Source: Anaerolineae bacterium
GTDB taxonomy: Bacteria; Chloroflexota; Anaerolineae; UBA1429
Assembly: GCA_963675785.1 (NCBI GenBank)
Contig: OY776562.1
Coordinates: forward strand, 2,592,001-2,656,000
Direction: 5' to 3'
Length of the DNA: 64,000 nt
Shown: positions 29,509 to 39,672 of the stretch, in pieces
Numbering within the stretch: the stretch's first letter is position 1
How the letters are laid out: each line of letters starts with the position of its first letter
Notes under the pieces: generated by a model
Databases searched by the model: none
The model's input: the letters and a program-made list of their open reading frames with translations, nothing else
What the model was told of the DNA's origin: nothing
Made by a program: the position numbers and the translations under genes

Positions 29509-30459
29509 ATGGCAAGTAGAGCCACTACGCCCCGCATCTCGGCCGTCTTTTGCAGTGCAAGATGCATCTTGCGTGATAGCGATATAGACCTCGACACTGC
29601 CCCAGAAAAGTGGGTGCTCGTTCCGGCTACGCTAGAAGCCGTGCGCTCTCTTGCTTCAGATTTTCGATTGCTTGTCCTCTTTGATGCCACAGCTGAAGGT
29701 TTGGCCAAGGATTCGCACAAAGCACTCGATGTGATTATCGAACAGGTAGAGGGTGCAGGCGGTCGTGTCGACGCGACAATCTCGTGTGCTTCTGTAGATG
29801 TGCCTACCTGGGGAGAAATCCCCTGGGCCTTGTGGCAAACAGCTGACGTGCTCTCTCTTGAACCCGAACGCTGCTATCTTCTTGCCGACGAACAAGAGGA
29901 TGTAAAGGCGGCTTATGCAGTCGGCATCCGGCCTATTATGGTGATGGGCGAACGAAACATCACCGAGCTTATGGGGCCAAGGCCTACTCACAAAGATTTC
30001 CCCGTAGCCACAGAGCTTACCAGTGCACTTAGTTACATTGCCACTGAAGATGAAATGACTAATCTACTCGGCCGTGTCCGCCAGATAGAGACGCCACAAC
30101 CACCGGAGGAAACCGCTCCTATAGAGATCGCAAGTGCACAATTCCTGCGGCTGACCAGCAGCAAGGCAAGAGATTTTCAGAGCCGGCTCAATAAATCAAA
30201 AACCCAGCTGCACGATTTAACGCGATGGCTTGCGTTCTTTGTACTCGGTGCAGCTGGGCTTAGTCTGGGTATCGCTTATCTATTAACACATCTTTACCGC
30301 GTGCAGCCGTTCCCAGATTTCGTCTATTATTTGACGCTGCAATTCATTCCGAGAATCTGGCGCGGTGTTCTATTTGTCGCCTGGGGCCTGGGTATCATCC
30401 TCCTGGCTCTGCGAAGCTATTTTCGTACTTCAGGCTTTCGCTTGCCCAAGCGCAAGTAA
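29509..30459 (+). CDS. Degenerate GmhB/HAD-like domain with two C-terminal TM helices
   Basis: AVFCSARCIL (cf. AVFLDRDG), CYLLADEQEDVKAAYAVGIRPIMV (cf. SYMVGD...D..AG..AG); hydrophobic C-terminus. Confidence 0.65.
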   Translation: MASRATTPRISAVFCSARCILRDSDIDLDTAPEKWVLVPATLEAVRSLASDFRLLVLFDATAEGLAKDSHKALDVIIEQVEGAGGRVDATISCASVDVPTWGEIPWALWQTADVLSLEPERCYLLADEQEDVKAAYAVGIRPIMVMGERNITELMGPRPTHKDFPVATELTSALSYIATEDEMTNLLGRVRQIETPQPPEETAPIEIASAQFLRLTSSKARDFQSRLNKSKTQLHDLTRWLAFFVLGAAGLSLGIAYLLTHLYRVQPFPDFVYYLTLQFIPRIWRGVLFVAWGLGIILLALRSYFRTSGFRLPKRK

Positions 30460-30473
30460 AACTAGCACAAGTC

Positions 30474-30845
30474 CTAATCGTCATCCTTGTTGACGCCGGT
30501 TAGCACACTCAGGATAAAGCTCGTCACGCTGATAACCAGCGAGGCCAAAATGGTGCTCCAAAATGAGGCTGTGCTTACGTCCATGCCGAATGCGTTGGCC
30601 AAGCGCACAGCAACCAACAAGGCGACTGCGTTGATGATGATCGTAAACAAGCCCAATGTCAGAATCATCAGCGGGCATGTGAGCGCCTTGAGCAGTGGCA
30701 CAATAAGTGCATTCACCAAGCCGAGAATCAGAGCAAAGAGCAAATAAGTGATCCAGTTTCCACCAAGATCAAAGGTGGGGATCACGGATACGGCCAGATA
30801 GACTGCCACAGCACTGATGATCCAGCGAAGAATGGCCTTCCTCAT
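30474..30845 (-). CDS. YvlD-like 4-TM membrane protein ('phage holin family')
   Basis: ALILGLVNALIVPLLKALTCPLMILTLGLF signature. Confidence 0.88.
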   Translation of the reverse strand: MRKAILRWIISAVAVYLAVSVIPTFDLGGNWITYLLFALILGLVNALIVPLLKALTCPLMILTLGLFTIIINAVALLVAVRLANAFGMDVSTASFWSTILASLVISVTSFILSVLTGVNKDDD

Positions 30846-30863
30846 TTCATTTTCCTCCCCTAC

Positions 30864-31226
30864 TCATTCAACGAATATTTCGATATATTCACGCTCGGCG
30901 TCATCCGTTGCGTCAAAAACACGACCAAGATGCCCTGCGCGAGCCTGTTCGAGCACATGTTCAAGATCGAACCGCGCGCCATCAGGTACATAACGTGCAC
31001 CAAGTCTCGCCCCAACCGAAACCAAGTCTATGGGCAAGCGAATGCTGATACGTTCCTTACCCGTATCCAATTCCGTGATGCGCACAATGAACCATCGTGC
31101 TCCCGGCAACTCCTCTTGAGTGGGAACTTGATCTTCCGCTTCCATCAAGCGCAGGGCTTCTTCCGGAATCAGTTTGCCTTCTTGTACGCTTTTAAGAATC
31201 GCCAACTTTTCACTTTGCTCAATCAT
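30864..31226 (-). CDS. SHOCT-like domain hypothetical protein (DUF2089-like)
   Basis: ILKSVQEGKL.PEEALRL, RWFIVRI, IRLPIDL, IEIFVE. Confidence 0.75.
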   Translation of the reverse strand: MIEQSEKLAILKSVQEGKLIPEEALRLMEAEDQVPTQEELPGARWFIVRITELDTGKERISIRLPIDLVSVGARLGARYVPDGARFDLEHVLEQARAGHLGRVFDATDDAEREYIEIFVE

Positions 31227-32182
31227 ATGATCACTTTTTCCGATTCATTGAGCACGAGTGCCATCTCATCCAAAATACGAAGCGGCCTCATCCCAAGTAC
31301 ACACGCAACCTCAAACGCCTCGCGGTGAGACGAAGAAATCAACATATTGATGGCCCGCTTTTGCACTTGCTGTGCAGACGCAAACAATGAATACAAAAGC
31401 TCATGCTCCACCAAGCCTCTGGCTTCCGGCAGAACCCGAATCTCGGCCTGATTGGGCCCATGGCCCGTGCGCAATCGCACTATCCCATAGCCCATCGTCT
31501 GGCCGTTATGCCGCACTGAACGCTCAACCAGCTGTTGTCCTTCTAACATGAATGCTATACGTGTGCCAAAGGAAAAAGGTGCTCCAAGCTGACTGGGCGA
31601 GCCTTGCTCATACAAACGTTTTACTGCCTTGCGATCCCATAACCAAGTGTGGTGAACATTAAAAGTGTTGCGACGCGCCTCAAACTTGTCTGTAGGGGGC
31701 AGTTGGAGTTCATGCCAACTTCGCTTGAGCATAAACCCCCGGCGTCCATACATTTCACGGGCAAGTTCATTGTCATGCCGAACTTGCAGTGTAATAGCAC
31801 TGCCGTTGGCACGAATGACATATTCGATGGCTACGTCAACAAGCCTACCACCAATGCCCCTGCCCCGATATTCGGGAAGCACAGCGACATTGCTCATCGT
31901 CCAAATACGCCGGACACTGTCTCGATTCAGGCTGACATTTCCAACGACTCGATCCTCATCTATCCACACAAAGCCGATAAACGGAGAAAGCAGATTGGCC
32001 GATTGCATAAGCAATGGGCTCCAGCTGGCCATTTGACGCAAATCCGTCACAATCGTGCTACCAGTCAGTTCAAGCTCACGCGAAAAAGCGACCTCAATGA
32101 GCGTAGCAAGGTCATCGAGATCGCGATGAGGAACAAAAGCACGTATGGGGCCGTGTTGTTTACGAGTATCTGCAATGGCCAC
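31223..32182 (-). CDS. GNAT family N-acetyltransferase
   Basis: SNVAVLPEYRGRGIG acetyl-CoA motif, LQVRHDN..A..MY...GF; start uncertain. Confidence 0.85.
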   Translation of the reverse strand: MAIADTRKQHGPIRAFVPHRDLDDLATLIEVAFSRELELTGSTIVTDLRQMASWSPLLMQSANLLSPFIGFVWIDEDRVVGNVSLNRDSVRRIWTMSNVAVLPEYRGRGIGGRLVDVAIEYVIRANGSAITLQVRHDNELAREMYGRRGFMLKRSWHELQLPPTDKFEARRNTFNVHHTWLWDRKAVKRLYEQGSPSQLGAPFSFGTRIAFMLEGQQLVERSVRHNGQTMGYGIVRLRTGHGPNQAEIRVLPEARGLVEHELLYSLFASAQQVQKRAINMLISSSHREAFEVACVLGMRPLRILDEMALVLNESEKVII

Positions 32183-32268
32183 AGCGCCGCCACCTTGATT
32201 CAATAAAAAGCAATAATATCCTGTATTAACTATACACGCGGGAACCGCCCCGGTCAACGAATTATTGA

Positions 32269-33066
32269 TTAGAGCTGGTGCCCGCGAAGCGTCACATCAC
32301 CCACATAGAATGTTCGGCACTCGCCATGAACATCTTGCACCAACAGCGCCCCAAACTCGTCAACGCCAACTGCTACCCCCGTAAACACACCTTCTGACGT
32401 GCCAACAGAGACCGTCTTGTTGATCGTCTCCAGGTTCGCTTGCCAATCAGTATGGGGCTGCCAGCCAGTATCAAGCAGATCGAGATACGCTTCCACATGG
32501 CGCAAAAGTGCGAGCAATACATCAAGACGCGACACCTCGTGCCCGGTCTCTGCCATCAGACTCGTTGCTGGTGTCATGATCTTTCCAAGGAGACTAGGGT
32601 CGAGATTCACATTAATGCCCATACCCACAACAGCATAGGCCAACTGAGAGCCCCTGGCACAAAGCTCTGTAAGCACGCCACCCAGCTTTTTGCCATTTAC
32701 CGTCAGATCGTTGGGCCACTTGATAAACACCCTAACGCCGGTCACCTCGCGGATTGCCCGAACGGCTGCTAACGAACAAATCATGGTAGTCCACTGGGCA
32801 TGCATCAGTTGGATATCGGGTCTGAGCACCAAGGAAAACAGCAGTGAGCTGCCCATCGGGGCCTGCCACGAACGCCCCAGCCGGCCTTTTCCAGCAGTTT
32901 GGGCATTAGCGACGACCAGTGTACCATGAGGAGCCTCGGCAACTGCCAGCGCCACGGCGCGTATGTTCGTTGAATCAATCGATTCATAAAACTCGCCGTG
33001 CCGTCCGACAAACCGAGTTTGTAATCTCTTTTGAATTGTCTCAAACGTCAATTGTGACATGTTCAT
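32269..33066 (-). CDS. birA: Biotin--[acetyl-CoA-carboxylase] ligase without HTH domain
   Basis: DSTN, QTAGKGRLGRSW, KWPND, KLGGVL, GMGINVN. Confidence 0.94.
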   Translation of the reverse strand: MNMSQLTFETIQKRLQTRFVGRHGEFYESIDSTNIRAVALAVAEAPHGTLVVANAQTAGKGRLGRSWQAPMGSSLLFSLVLRPDIQLMHAQWTTMICSLAAVRAIREVTGVRVFIKWPNDLTVNGKKLGGVLTELCARGSQLAYAVVGMGINVNLDPSLLGKIMTPATSLMAETGHEVSRLDVLLALLRHVEAYLDLLDTGWQPHTDWQANLETINKTVSVGTSEGVFTGVAVGVDEFGALLVQDVHGECRTFYVGDVTLRGHQL

Positions 33067-33077
33067 TCTTTCATAAC

Positions 33078-33104
33078 AAAAAAACCCTCTCTACAAAGAG
33101 AGGG
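33078..33104 (-). terminator. Terminator downstream of tRNA-Val
   Basis: Minus strand CCCTCTCT-ttgt-AGAGAGGG-TTTTTTT. Confidence 0.75.
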
Positions 33105-33110
33105 CCAGTG

Positions 33111-33184
<74 letters not shown>

Positions 33185-33259
33185 AACACCGCGAGTATAG
33201 CACAGTGATTCTTTGCGAGCAAATGGCCTGGCGATGCACAAAAGCGAATGTCTGCCATT

Positions 33260-33288
33260 TTGACAAAGATAACACCCAGCGATATACT
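33260..33288 (+). promoter_or_regulatory. Promoter of rplU operon
   Basis: TTGACA-17 nt-TATACT. Confidence 0.75.
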
Positions 33289-33368
33289 TTGTATCTGCCT
33301 AGGCCGGGGTCTCGATGAATGAGTCCGGTCACGACTAGATATAACGAGGCTCCCGGAGGTAAGGGAAC

Positions 33369-33680
33369 GTGTACGCAGTAATAGAAACTGGTGGCAAGCA
33401 GTACAAGGTTACGGCAGGCGACACTGTCGCTGTTGAAAAGCTCGATGCCGAGGTCGGCGATATAATCGAGCTGGATCGCGTATTGATGGTCTCGGACGAA
33501 AATGGTGTGCGAGTTGGTCAACCCGCTGTCGATGGCGTTAGCGTCAAGGCAACTGTGGTGGATCAGGCCAAGGGCCGTAAGGTTCTTGTGTTCAAGTATC
33601 GCGCCAAGCAGCGTTACCGCCGCAAGGTGGGTCATCGTCAGCCTCTGACACGTCTGCATATTGACGAGATTAGCGCGTAA
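33369..33680 (+). CDS. rplU: 50S ribosomal protein bL21
   Basis: YAVIETGGKQYKV, GHRQ. Confidence 0.97.
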   Translation: MYAVIETGGKQYKVTAGDTVAVEKLDAEVGDIIELDRVLMVSDENGVRVGQPAVDGVSVKATVVDQAKGRKVLVFKYRAKQRYRRKVGHRQPLTRLHIDEISA

Positions 33681-33703
33681 AACGGTCTGGGAGGGATTGA
33701 CAG

Positions 33704-33964
33704 ATGGCACATAAAAAGGGTGGCGGAACTAGCTCGAATGGCCGCGATAGTAATGCCAAGCGTCTTGGCGTCAAGCGGTTTGGTGGTCAAGAGGTAAACG
33801 CTGGCACAATCATTGTTCGTCAGCGCGGTACCCGTATCCATCCCGGAACAAATGTCGGCTGCGGTAGCGACTATACGCTCTTTGCCAAGGTGGATGGCTA
33901 TGTTACGTTCGAAGACTTTGGCCGCGGCAAGAAGAGAGTCTCTGTTTACTCTGAAAGGAACTAG
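33704..33964 (+). CDS. rpmA: 50S ribosomal protein bL27
   Basis: [24 protein letters not shown]. Confidence 0.97.
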   Translation: MAHKKGGGTSSNGRDSNAKRLGVKRFGGQEVNAGTIIVRQRGTRIHPGTNVGCGSDYTLFAKVDGYVTFEDFGRGKKRVSVYSERN

Positions 33965-33966
33965 CC

Positions 33967-34311
33967 GTGAAAAAAGATATTCATCCTACGTATTATGAGG
34001 ATGCTACAGTAACTTGCGCTTGTGGCAACACTTGGACAACCGGTTCGACGCAGAAGGAAATTCGTACTGACGTTTGCAGTCAGTGTCATCCTTTCTTTAC
34101 TGGCCAGCAGCGTATTGTTGATACGGCAGGCCAGGTAGAGCGCTTTACCAAGCGTTTCGAGACTGCCCAAATGCTGCGCGAGCAGGACAAGGTACGAGCC
34201 AAGGCCCGTGCCGAGCGTGAGCGCGAACGAGCTCTGGTTGAGATCGTTGACGAGGACGACTCGGTTGAAGGTCTTGACAGCCTGGTTCAGGAAGCTGATA
34301 GCGCCGAGTAG
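33967..34311 (+). CDS. rpmE: 50S ribosomal protein bL31 (Zn-binding type) with long C-terminal extension
   Basis: [27 protein letters not shown]. Confidence 0.96.
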   Translation: MKKDIHPTYYEDATVTCACGNTWTTGSTQKEIRTDVCSQCHPFFTGQQRIVDTAGQVERFTKRFETAQMLREQDKVRAKARAERERERALVEIVDEDDSVEGLDSLVQEADSAE

Positions 34312-34332
34312 GCCCAGTCTTTCATGACATCC

Positions 34333-34368
34333 AAGGGGGCAGAGTGAGTTCACTCTGCCCCCTTTTTT
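34333..34368 (+). terminator. Intrinsic terminator after rpmE
   Basis: AAGGGGGCAGAGTGA/TCACTCTGCCCCC followed by TTTTTT. Confidence 0.85.
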
Positions 34369-34386
34369 CTTACCCAGGAGAAGGCC

Positions 34387-34986
34387 ATGTCATTCAATCG
34401 TTATAACGGCGGCTGGATCGAAGTAATTTGTGGGTGCATGTTTAGCGGCAAGACTGAAGAACTCATTCGCCGCATCAACCGTGCAGAAATCGCCCGGCAG
34501 CGCGTCCAAGTCTTTCAACACAGCCTGGATGAAAGATATGGAACACGCCGTATTGCTTCCCACTCGGGAGCCTGGGCTGACGCTACCACCGTCAAATACT
34601 CTCAGGATATTATTCAAGCAGTCGAACCTGATACCACTGTTGTCGCGATTGATGAAGTTCAATTCTTTGACGACGAAATAACCAGCGTTGCCGAAAAACT
34701 GGCGGCGCAGGGCATACGTGTCATCGCTGCGGGCCTGGATATGGATTTCAGGGGAGAGCCCTTTGGCCCCATGCCACAGATGATGGCCGTGGCCGAGCTC
34801 GTCAGCAAGCTACACGCCATTTGTATTCAATGCGGCGCTTCAGCGACTAGAACGCAGCGCCTCATTGATGGCCGACCAGCATATTATGATGATCCAATCA
34901 TCCTCGTTGGCGCTAGCGAAGTCTATGAAGCACGATGCCGGGCATGCCATCAGGTACCCAAAAAGGAGCACAATGACCAAATTTAA
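34387..34986 (+). CDS. tdk: Thymidine kinase
   Basis: [31 protein letters not shown], Zn-binding Cys. Confidence 0.96.
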   Translation: MSFNRYNGGWIEVICGCMFSGKTEELIRRINRAEIARQRVQVFQHSLDERYGTRRIASHSGAWADATTVKYSQDIIQAVEPDTTVVAIDEVQFFDDEITSVAEKLAAQGIRVIAAGLDMDFRGEPFGPMPQMMAVAELVSKLHAICIQCGASATRTQRLIDGRPAYYDDPIILVGASEVYEARCRACHQVPKKEHNDQI

Positions 34987-35887
34987 CTATGGGGGGCAGG
35001 CAGTCATTGAAGGCGTCATGATGCGCGGAGAGCACGAATTTGCAGTTGCCGCCCGCAAGCCCTCGGGCGAAATAGCTGTGCACCGTGATAAACTGAACGA
35101 AACGCTATACGGTCGCCTGCTCAAAATTCCCTTTTTACGCGGGTTGGTCATGCTCTGGGATTCGATGGGATTAGGACTGCAAGCTTTGATGTGGTCTGGT
35201 GATACGGCCCTGGAAGAAGAGGAAGATGTTAGTTTCTCCGGCCCTGCCGCCTGGGGTACAGTGGCCGTCTCGCTGTTACTCGGCGTGGGTCTCTTTTTCG
35301 TGTTGCCTATGTTCATCACCACCGCACTGGACAAGTTCATTATCTCGGACTTTTGGAGCAATGTGGTAGAAGGCCTGGTTCGCCTGGCAATATTCCTCAT
35401 CTATTTATCAGCCATCAGCCTCATGCCCGATATTCGACGCGTGTTTGCCTACCATGGTGCAGAGCATAAAACTATCAACGCTTACGAAGCGGGAGCCCCG
35501 CTCATACCAGAAGAAGTCGCCAAGTACTCGCGCACCCACACACGCTGCGGCACGGGTTTTCTGCTCATCGTCATGCTTGTTTTCATTCTGGTGGCCGCCT
35601 TATTTGGCCGTCCCATCCTTATTTGGCGCCTGCTCTCTCGCATCGTGCTCATTCCCATTGTGGCTGGCATCTCTTACGAAATCATGAAACTCTTGGCCAA
35701 GAATTACGAAAAACATGCCTGGGCACGCATTCTGGTGGCTCCAGGCCTGACTCTCCAAAAGCTTACTACACGCGAACCCGAAACTGATATGCTGGAGGTG
35801 AGCATTGCGGCTCTCAAAGCGGTGCTTGATTCAGAAGGGCTTACAGACGAGCCTGGCAGTGTAGAGAGTATGAGCGATGCCAACTAG
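34973..35887 (+). CDS. DUF1385 family membrane protein
   Basis: [33 protein letters not shown]. Confidence 0.9.
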   Translation: MTKFNYGGQAVIEGVMMRGEHEFAVAARKPSGEIAVHRDKLNETLYGRLLKIPFLRGLVMLWDSMGLGLQALMWSGDTALEEEEDVSFSGPAAWGTVAVSLLLGVGLFFVLPMFITTALDKFIISDFWSNVVEGLVRLAIFLIYLSAISLMPDIRRVFAYHGAEHKTINAYEAGAPLIPEEVAKYSRTHTRCGTGFLLIVMLVFILVAALFGRPILIWRLLSRIVLIPIVAGISYEIMKLLAKNYEKHAWARILVAPGLTLQKLTTREPETDMLEVSIAALKAVLDSEGLTDEPGSVESMSDAN

Positions 35888-37235
35888 AGACGAACAGTTA
35901 GCCAAAGCAAATGCACCGGCGCAGCGCGCCATGCAATTGCACCCCTATTATCACGGCAAGATCCAAACGACTGCCAAGGTGCCCGTAAAAAGCCTGCAAG
36001 ACTTTTCTGTGTGGTATACACCCGGGGTTGCCGAACCTTGCAAAGCCATCGCAGCCGATCCCTGTCTGGTATATGAACACACCAACAAGGGCAATACGGT
36101 CGCCATCGTCAGCGATGGAACCCGCGTCTTGGGATTGGGCGATATTGGCCCTCGTGCAGCTATGCCGGTGATGGAGGGTAAAGCACTGCTCTTTAAATAT
36201 TTGGGCGGCGTAGACGCTGTGCCTCTCTGCATCGACGCAGAGACCCCGGAAGAAATGATATCCTTTGTGCGGGCCATCCAGCCCACTTTTGGCGGTGTCA
36301 ATCTGGAAGACATTGCCCAGCCCAAGTGCTTTCGCATTCTAGACACCTTGCGCAATGATCCGAACATGCGGATCCCCGTATTCCATGACGACCAGCAGGG
36401 CACGGCTACGGTGCTCCTTTCCGGCCTGCTGAATGCCCTAGAAATTGTCGGCAAAGAATTGCGGGATATTCGCATTGCCCTGGTAGGCACAGGTGCCGCC
36501 AATATCGCCGTGCTGCGCCTGCTGATGGCCAGTGGCGTCTCGATGGCACAAATCACCGCCACCGACGTACGAGGTATTTTGCACGAGAACCGCAAAGATT
36601 TGCGCGATGAATCTGAAGACTGCCCCGACCGCTGGCAACTTTGCCTGCAGGGAAACCCCGATAACCGCCGCGGCGCCATTGCTGAAGCCATGGAGGATGC
36701 CGATGTGGTCATCGCCTTTGCCTGTCCAGGACCCGGTGTCATCAAACCTGAATGGGTGCACACCATGGCGGATGATGCTATCGTCTTTGCCTGTTCCAAC
36801 CCCACGCCAGAGATCTGGCCTTGGGAGGCCAAAGAAGCGGGGGCAAGAATCGTAGGCACCGGGCGATCGGACTTTGCCAACCAGTTGAATAACTCACTGG
36901 GCTTTCCAGCAATTTTCCGCGGTGCATTGGATGTTCGCGCCCAAACGATTACCGATGAGATGTGCCTGGCCGCCGCCCACGAACTAGCCACAACGGGGCA
37001 AGAACGCGGCCTCTCTGAAGATACAATCCTGCCCAAGATGGATGATTTCGAGATCTATCCCCGCGAGGCCCTTGCTGTGGGCTTGTGCGCCATAGAACAG
37101 GGCGTTGCTCAGATCGAGATGTCTCGGGATGAGCTTGAAAAGACTGTACGCAGCCGTATTAATACCGGCAGAGAAATGATCGAATCCATGATGGAGCATG
37201 GCCTCATTGCGCCAGCTCCAGGGCAAGACGAGTAG
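35877..37235 (+). CDS. NAD(P)-dependent malic enzyme
   Basis: YTPGVA, GLGDIG, MEGKALLFK, NLEDI, HDDQQGTA, NQLNN. Confidence 0.94.
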   Translation: MPTRDEQLAKANAPAQRAMQLHPYYHGKIQTTAKVPVKSLQDFSVWYTPGVAEPCKAIAADPCLVYEHTNKGNTVAIVSDGTRVLGLGDIGPRAAMPVMEGKALLFKYLGGVDAVPLCIDAETPEEMISFVRAIQPTFGGVNLEDIAQPKCFRILDTLRNDPNMRIPVFHDDQQGTATVLLSGLLNALEIVGKELRDIRIALVGTGAANIAVLRLLMASGVSMAQITATDVRGILHENRKDLRDESEDCPDRWQLCLQGNPDNRRGAIAEAMEDADVVIAFACPGPGVIKPEWVHTMADDAIVFACSNPTPEIWPWEAKEAGARIVGTGRSDFANQLNNSLGFPAIFRGALDVRAQTITDEMCLAAAHELATTGQERGLSEDTILPKMDDFEIYPREALAVGLCAIEQGVAQIEMSRDELEKTVRSRINTGREMIESMMEHGLIAPAPGQDE

Positions 37236-37245
37236 GACTTGGACC

Positions 37246-37926
37246 GTGACAGATTCTAGAAAGAGCTTTAAATATTTCGAGTTTGTGATGATGAGCTTTG
37301 TTGCTGTACTCATGATCAGCAATATCGCCTCCACCAAGATCCTTGATCTCGGACCTTTTACTTTTGATGGCGGCACGATTCTTTTTCCGTTGAGCTATAT
37401 CTTTGGCGATGTGCTCACCGAAGTTTACGGCTATGCCCGTTCGCGGCGCGTCATCTGGTCGGGATTTGCAGCAGCAGCCTTGATGGCCGGTGTGTTGGCT
37501 CTAGTAGGGGCATTGCCGGCAGATGCCAGTTGGAGCGGCCAAGAAGCCTATAACACCATCCTGGGGCAAACACCGCGCATTGTCGCTGGCAGCCTCATTG
37601 CCTATTTTGTAGGCGAGTTTTCCAACTCAGTAGTCCTGGCCAAGCTCAAAGTACGCACAGAGGGCCGCTGGTTATGGATACGCACCATTGCCAGTACACT
37701 GGTAGGTGAAGGTCTCGACACAATCATCTTTGTCTTGATCGCTTTTTACGGCACTCTGCCCAGCGAGACGTTGATAGCCGTGATGCTCTCGAATTACGTG
37801 TTCAAGGTGGGGTTAGAAGCACTGCTTACACCAGTGACCTATTGGGTAGTAAACAAGCTCAAAAAGGCCGAACAAGAAGATTATTACGATCGAGATACGG
37901 ATTTTAACCCGTTTACCCTCGACTAG
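37246..37926 (+). CDS. Queuosine precursor transporter (YhhQ/VUT family)
   Basis: SNIASTK, FPLSYIFGDVLTEVYG, RIVAGSLIAY, RTIASTLVGE..DT. Confidence 0.92.
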   Translation: MTDSRKSFKYFEFVMMSFVAVLMISNIASTKILDLGPFTFDGGTILFPLSYIFGDVLTEVYGYARSRRVIWSGFAAAALMAGVLALVGALPADASWSGQEAYNTILGQTPRIVAGSLIAYFVGEFSNSVVLAKLKVRTEGRWLWIRTIASTLVGEGLDTIIFVLIAFYGTLPSETLIAVMLSNYVFKVGLEALLTPVTYWVVNKLKKAEQEDYYDRDTDFNPFTLD

Positions 37927-37938
37927 CGGAGTGTGTGC

Positions 37939-38874
37939 ATGACGACGGATCAAGAACTCTTATTTGACGATAATCTGCCTCCCGACCATCGTAGTGGCTT
38001 TGTGGCGCTGGTGGGCAAGCCCAATGTGGGAAAATCTACCCTTCTAAACCGCTGGCTGGGCGTCAAACTCGCTGCTGTCTCACCCAAGCCGCAAACAACC
38101 CGTAACCGCATCTTGGGGATATTGACCCAAGAAAAGGCGCAAGTCATTTTTATGGATACGCCCGGAATTCACTTGCCACACAGCAAACTGGGCGAATACA
38201 TGGTCCGAACCGCCTCAGATACACTCCGTGATGCAGATGTTGTCGTCTTTATGGTTGATGGGCAAAGCCCGCCCAACGAAGCCGATCGTCAGGTTGCACA
38301 GGCTGTTGCCGGAGCCAGATGTCCCTCTATTTTGGCAATCAATAAAGTCGATGCCGTTGCTTCGGGCGCTTTGCTGACAAACTGGGCCGCTTATGCCGAG
38401 TTGGGCGAGTTTGATACGGTGATGGGCATCAGTGCCCTTGAGGGTACTATGACCGATGAGCTTTTTGCAGAGCTGCTCGGCAAGTTGCCCTTTGGGCCAC
38501 GGTTTTTCCCTGAAGATCAGATTTCCAATGTGCAAGAGCGTTTTATCGCTTCAGAACTCATTCGTGAACAACTGTTGAGAAACCTCGAACAAGAGGTGCC
38601 CTACGCCTCGGCTGTGATCGTTGACGAGTTTACTGAAGCTGAAAACCACATTGAGATCTTGGCAACGGTGTTTGTTGAAAGGGAATCGCAGAAACGCATT
38701 GTCATTGGCAACAAGGGCAGCATGATCAAACATATTAGCGAAGCTGCAGCCAAGGACATCAGCAACTTTTTCAGCAAACGCACCAAGGTCAGGCTTTGGG
38801 TCAAGGTCCGAGATAACTGGCGCAAAGATAACCGCTCATTGCAAGAGTTCGGTTATTCATTCGAGGACAAATAA
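37939..38874 (+). CDS. era: GTPase Era
   Basis: GKPNVGKST, PQTTR, DTPG, NKVD, KH domain. Confidence 0.96.
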   Translation: MTTDQELLFDDNLPPDHRSGFVALVGKPNVGKSTLLNRWLGVKLAAVSPKPQTTRNRILGILTQEKAQVIFMDTPGIHLPHSKLGEYMVRTASDTLRDADVVVFMVDGQSPPNEADRQVAQAVAGARCPSILAINKVDAVASGALLTNWAAYAELGEFDTVMGISALEGTMTDELFAELLGKLPFGPRFFPEDQISNVQERFIASELIREQLLRNLEQEVPYASAVIVDEFTEAENHIEILATVFVERESQKRIVIGNKGSMIKHISEAAAKDISNFFSKRTKVRLWVKVRDNWRKDNRSLQEFGYSFEDK

Positions 38875-38986
38875 TTCTGGCAAGACTCTAGACTATAGAG
38901 GCACTACTCGCTATACTCTAATTAAGAACTGCATCCAATAGGCATTGCCCTTCTTTAAGGGCACAACTCGCTGCAGGGGGTATTCC

Positions 38987-39634
38987 ATGTTTGTACGCGA
39001 TCGAATGTCCCACCATCCTATCACTGTCACACCTGATACATCGCTGCATGAAGCCCTAAAACGGATGCACGAGGAACACGTGCGCAGGCTCCCCGTTCTC
39101 GACAGACACGGGAAACTCGTCGGCATTGTGAATGAAAGAGATCTCTTATACGCCTCGCCATCTCCGGCTACCAGCTTGAGCGTATATGAGCTCAATTACC
39201 TCGTCTCTCGCGTCTTGGTTTCAGAGCTCATGACAAAGACCGTGATCACCGTCACCGAGGACACACCTCTAGAAGAGGCAGCCCGAATTATGGAGGACAA
39301 CGACATCAGCGGTTTGCCCGTCATGAGAGGCGATACGCTCGTCGGGATGATCACCGAAAGCGACCTTTTCAAAATATTCCTGGAAATGTTAGGAGCACGA
39401 GCTTGGGGATTGCGAATTTCTCTCAAAGTGGCCGATAAAAGAGGTGTTCTCGCCACAATTACCCGAGAGATATCTGATGCAGGCGGTAACATTGTCGCCC
39501 TGGGAACCTTTTGGGGGGACGACCCCACGAGTGGTCGAATTGCCATGAAAGTTCAGGGAATAGAAAAAGAAAAGATCGAAGAGATCATGCAGGATATCGA
39601 TGCCGAAATCACCGACATCCGCGAAACAAAATAG
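38987..39634 (+). CDS. CBS-pair + ACT domain protein (AcuB-like)
   Basis: Two CBS repeats with SPSPATSLSVYEL, C-terminal ACT (D.RGVLA). Confidence 0.88.
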   Translation: MFVRDRMSHHPITVTPDTSLHEALKRMHEEHVRRLPVLDRHGKLVGIVNERDLLYASPSPATSLSVYELNYLVSRVLVSELMTKTVITVTEDTPLEEAARIMEDNDISGLPVMRGDTLVGMITESDLFKIFLEMLGARAWGLRISLKVADKRGVLATITREISDAGGNIVALGTFWGDDPTSGRIAMKVQGIEKEKIEEIMQDIDAEITDIRETK

Positions 39635-39638
39635 AGCT

Positions 39639-39671
39639 AGAGGGGAGAGCGTGATCGCTCTCCCCTCTCTT
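39639..39671. terminator. Hairpin terminator between convergent genes
   Basis: AGAGGGGAGAGCG-tgat-CGCTCTCCCCTCT. Confidence 0.75.
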
Positions 39672-39672
39672 A

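Noticed and set aside
30474-30845. 'Phage holin' as a prophage marker
   Set aside because: YvlD-like family is a common chromosomal gene; no phage genes nearby
35951-37036. 361-aa antisense ORF (similarly 49300-50235 and 12229-12933)
   Set aside because: Shadows of well-supported genes on the opposite strand; no motifs
37200-37260. preQ1 riboswitch ahead of the queuosine transporter
   Set aside because: The gene starts about 10 nt after the malic enzyme stop, leaving no room, and no motif is visible
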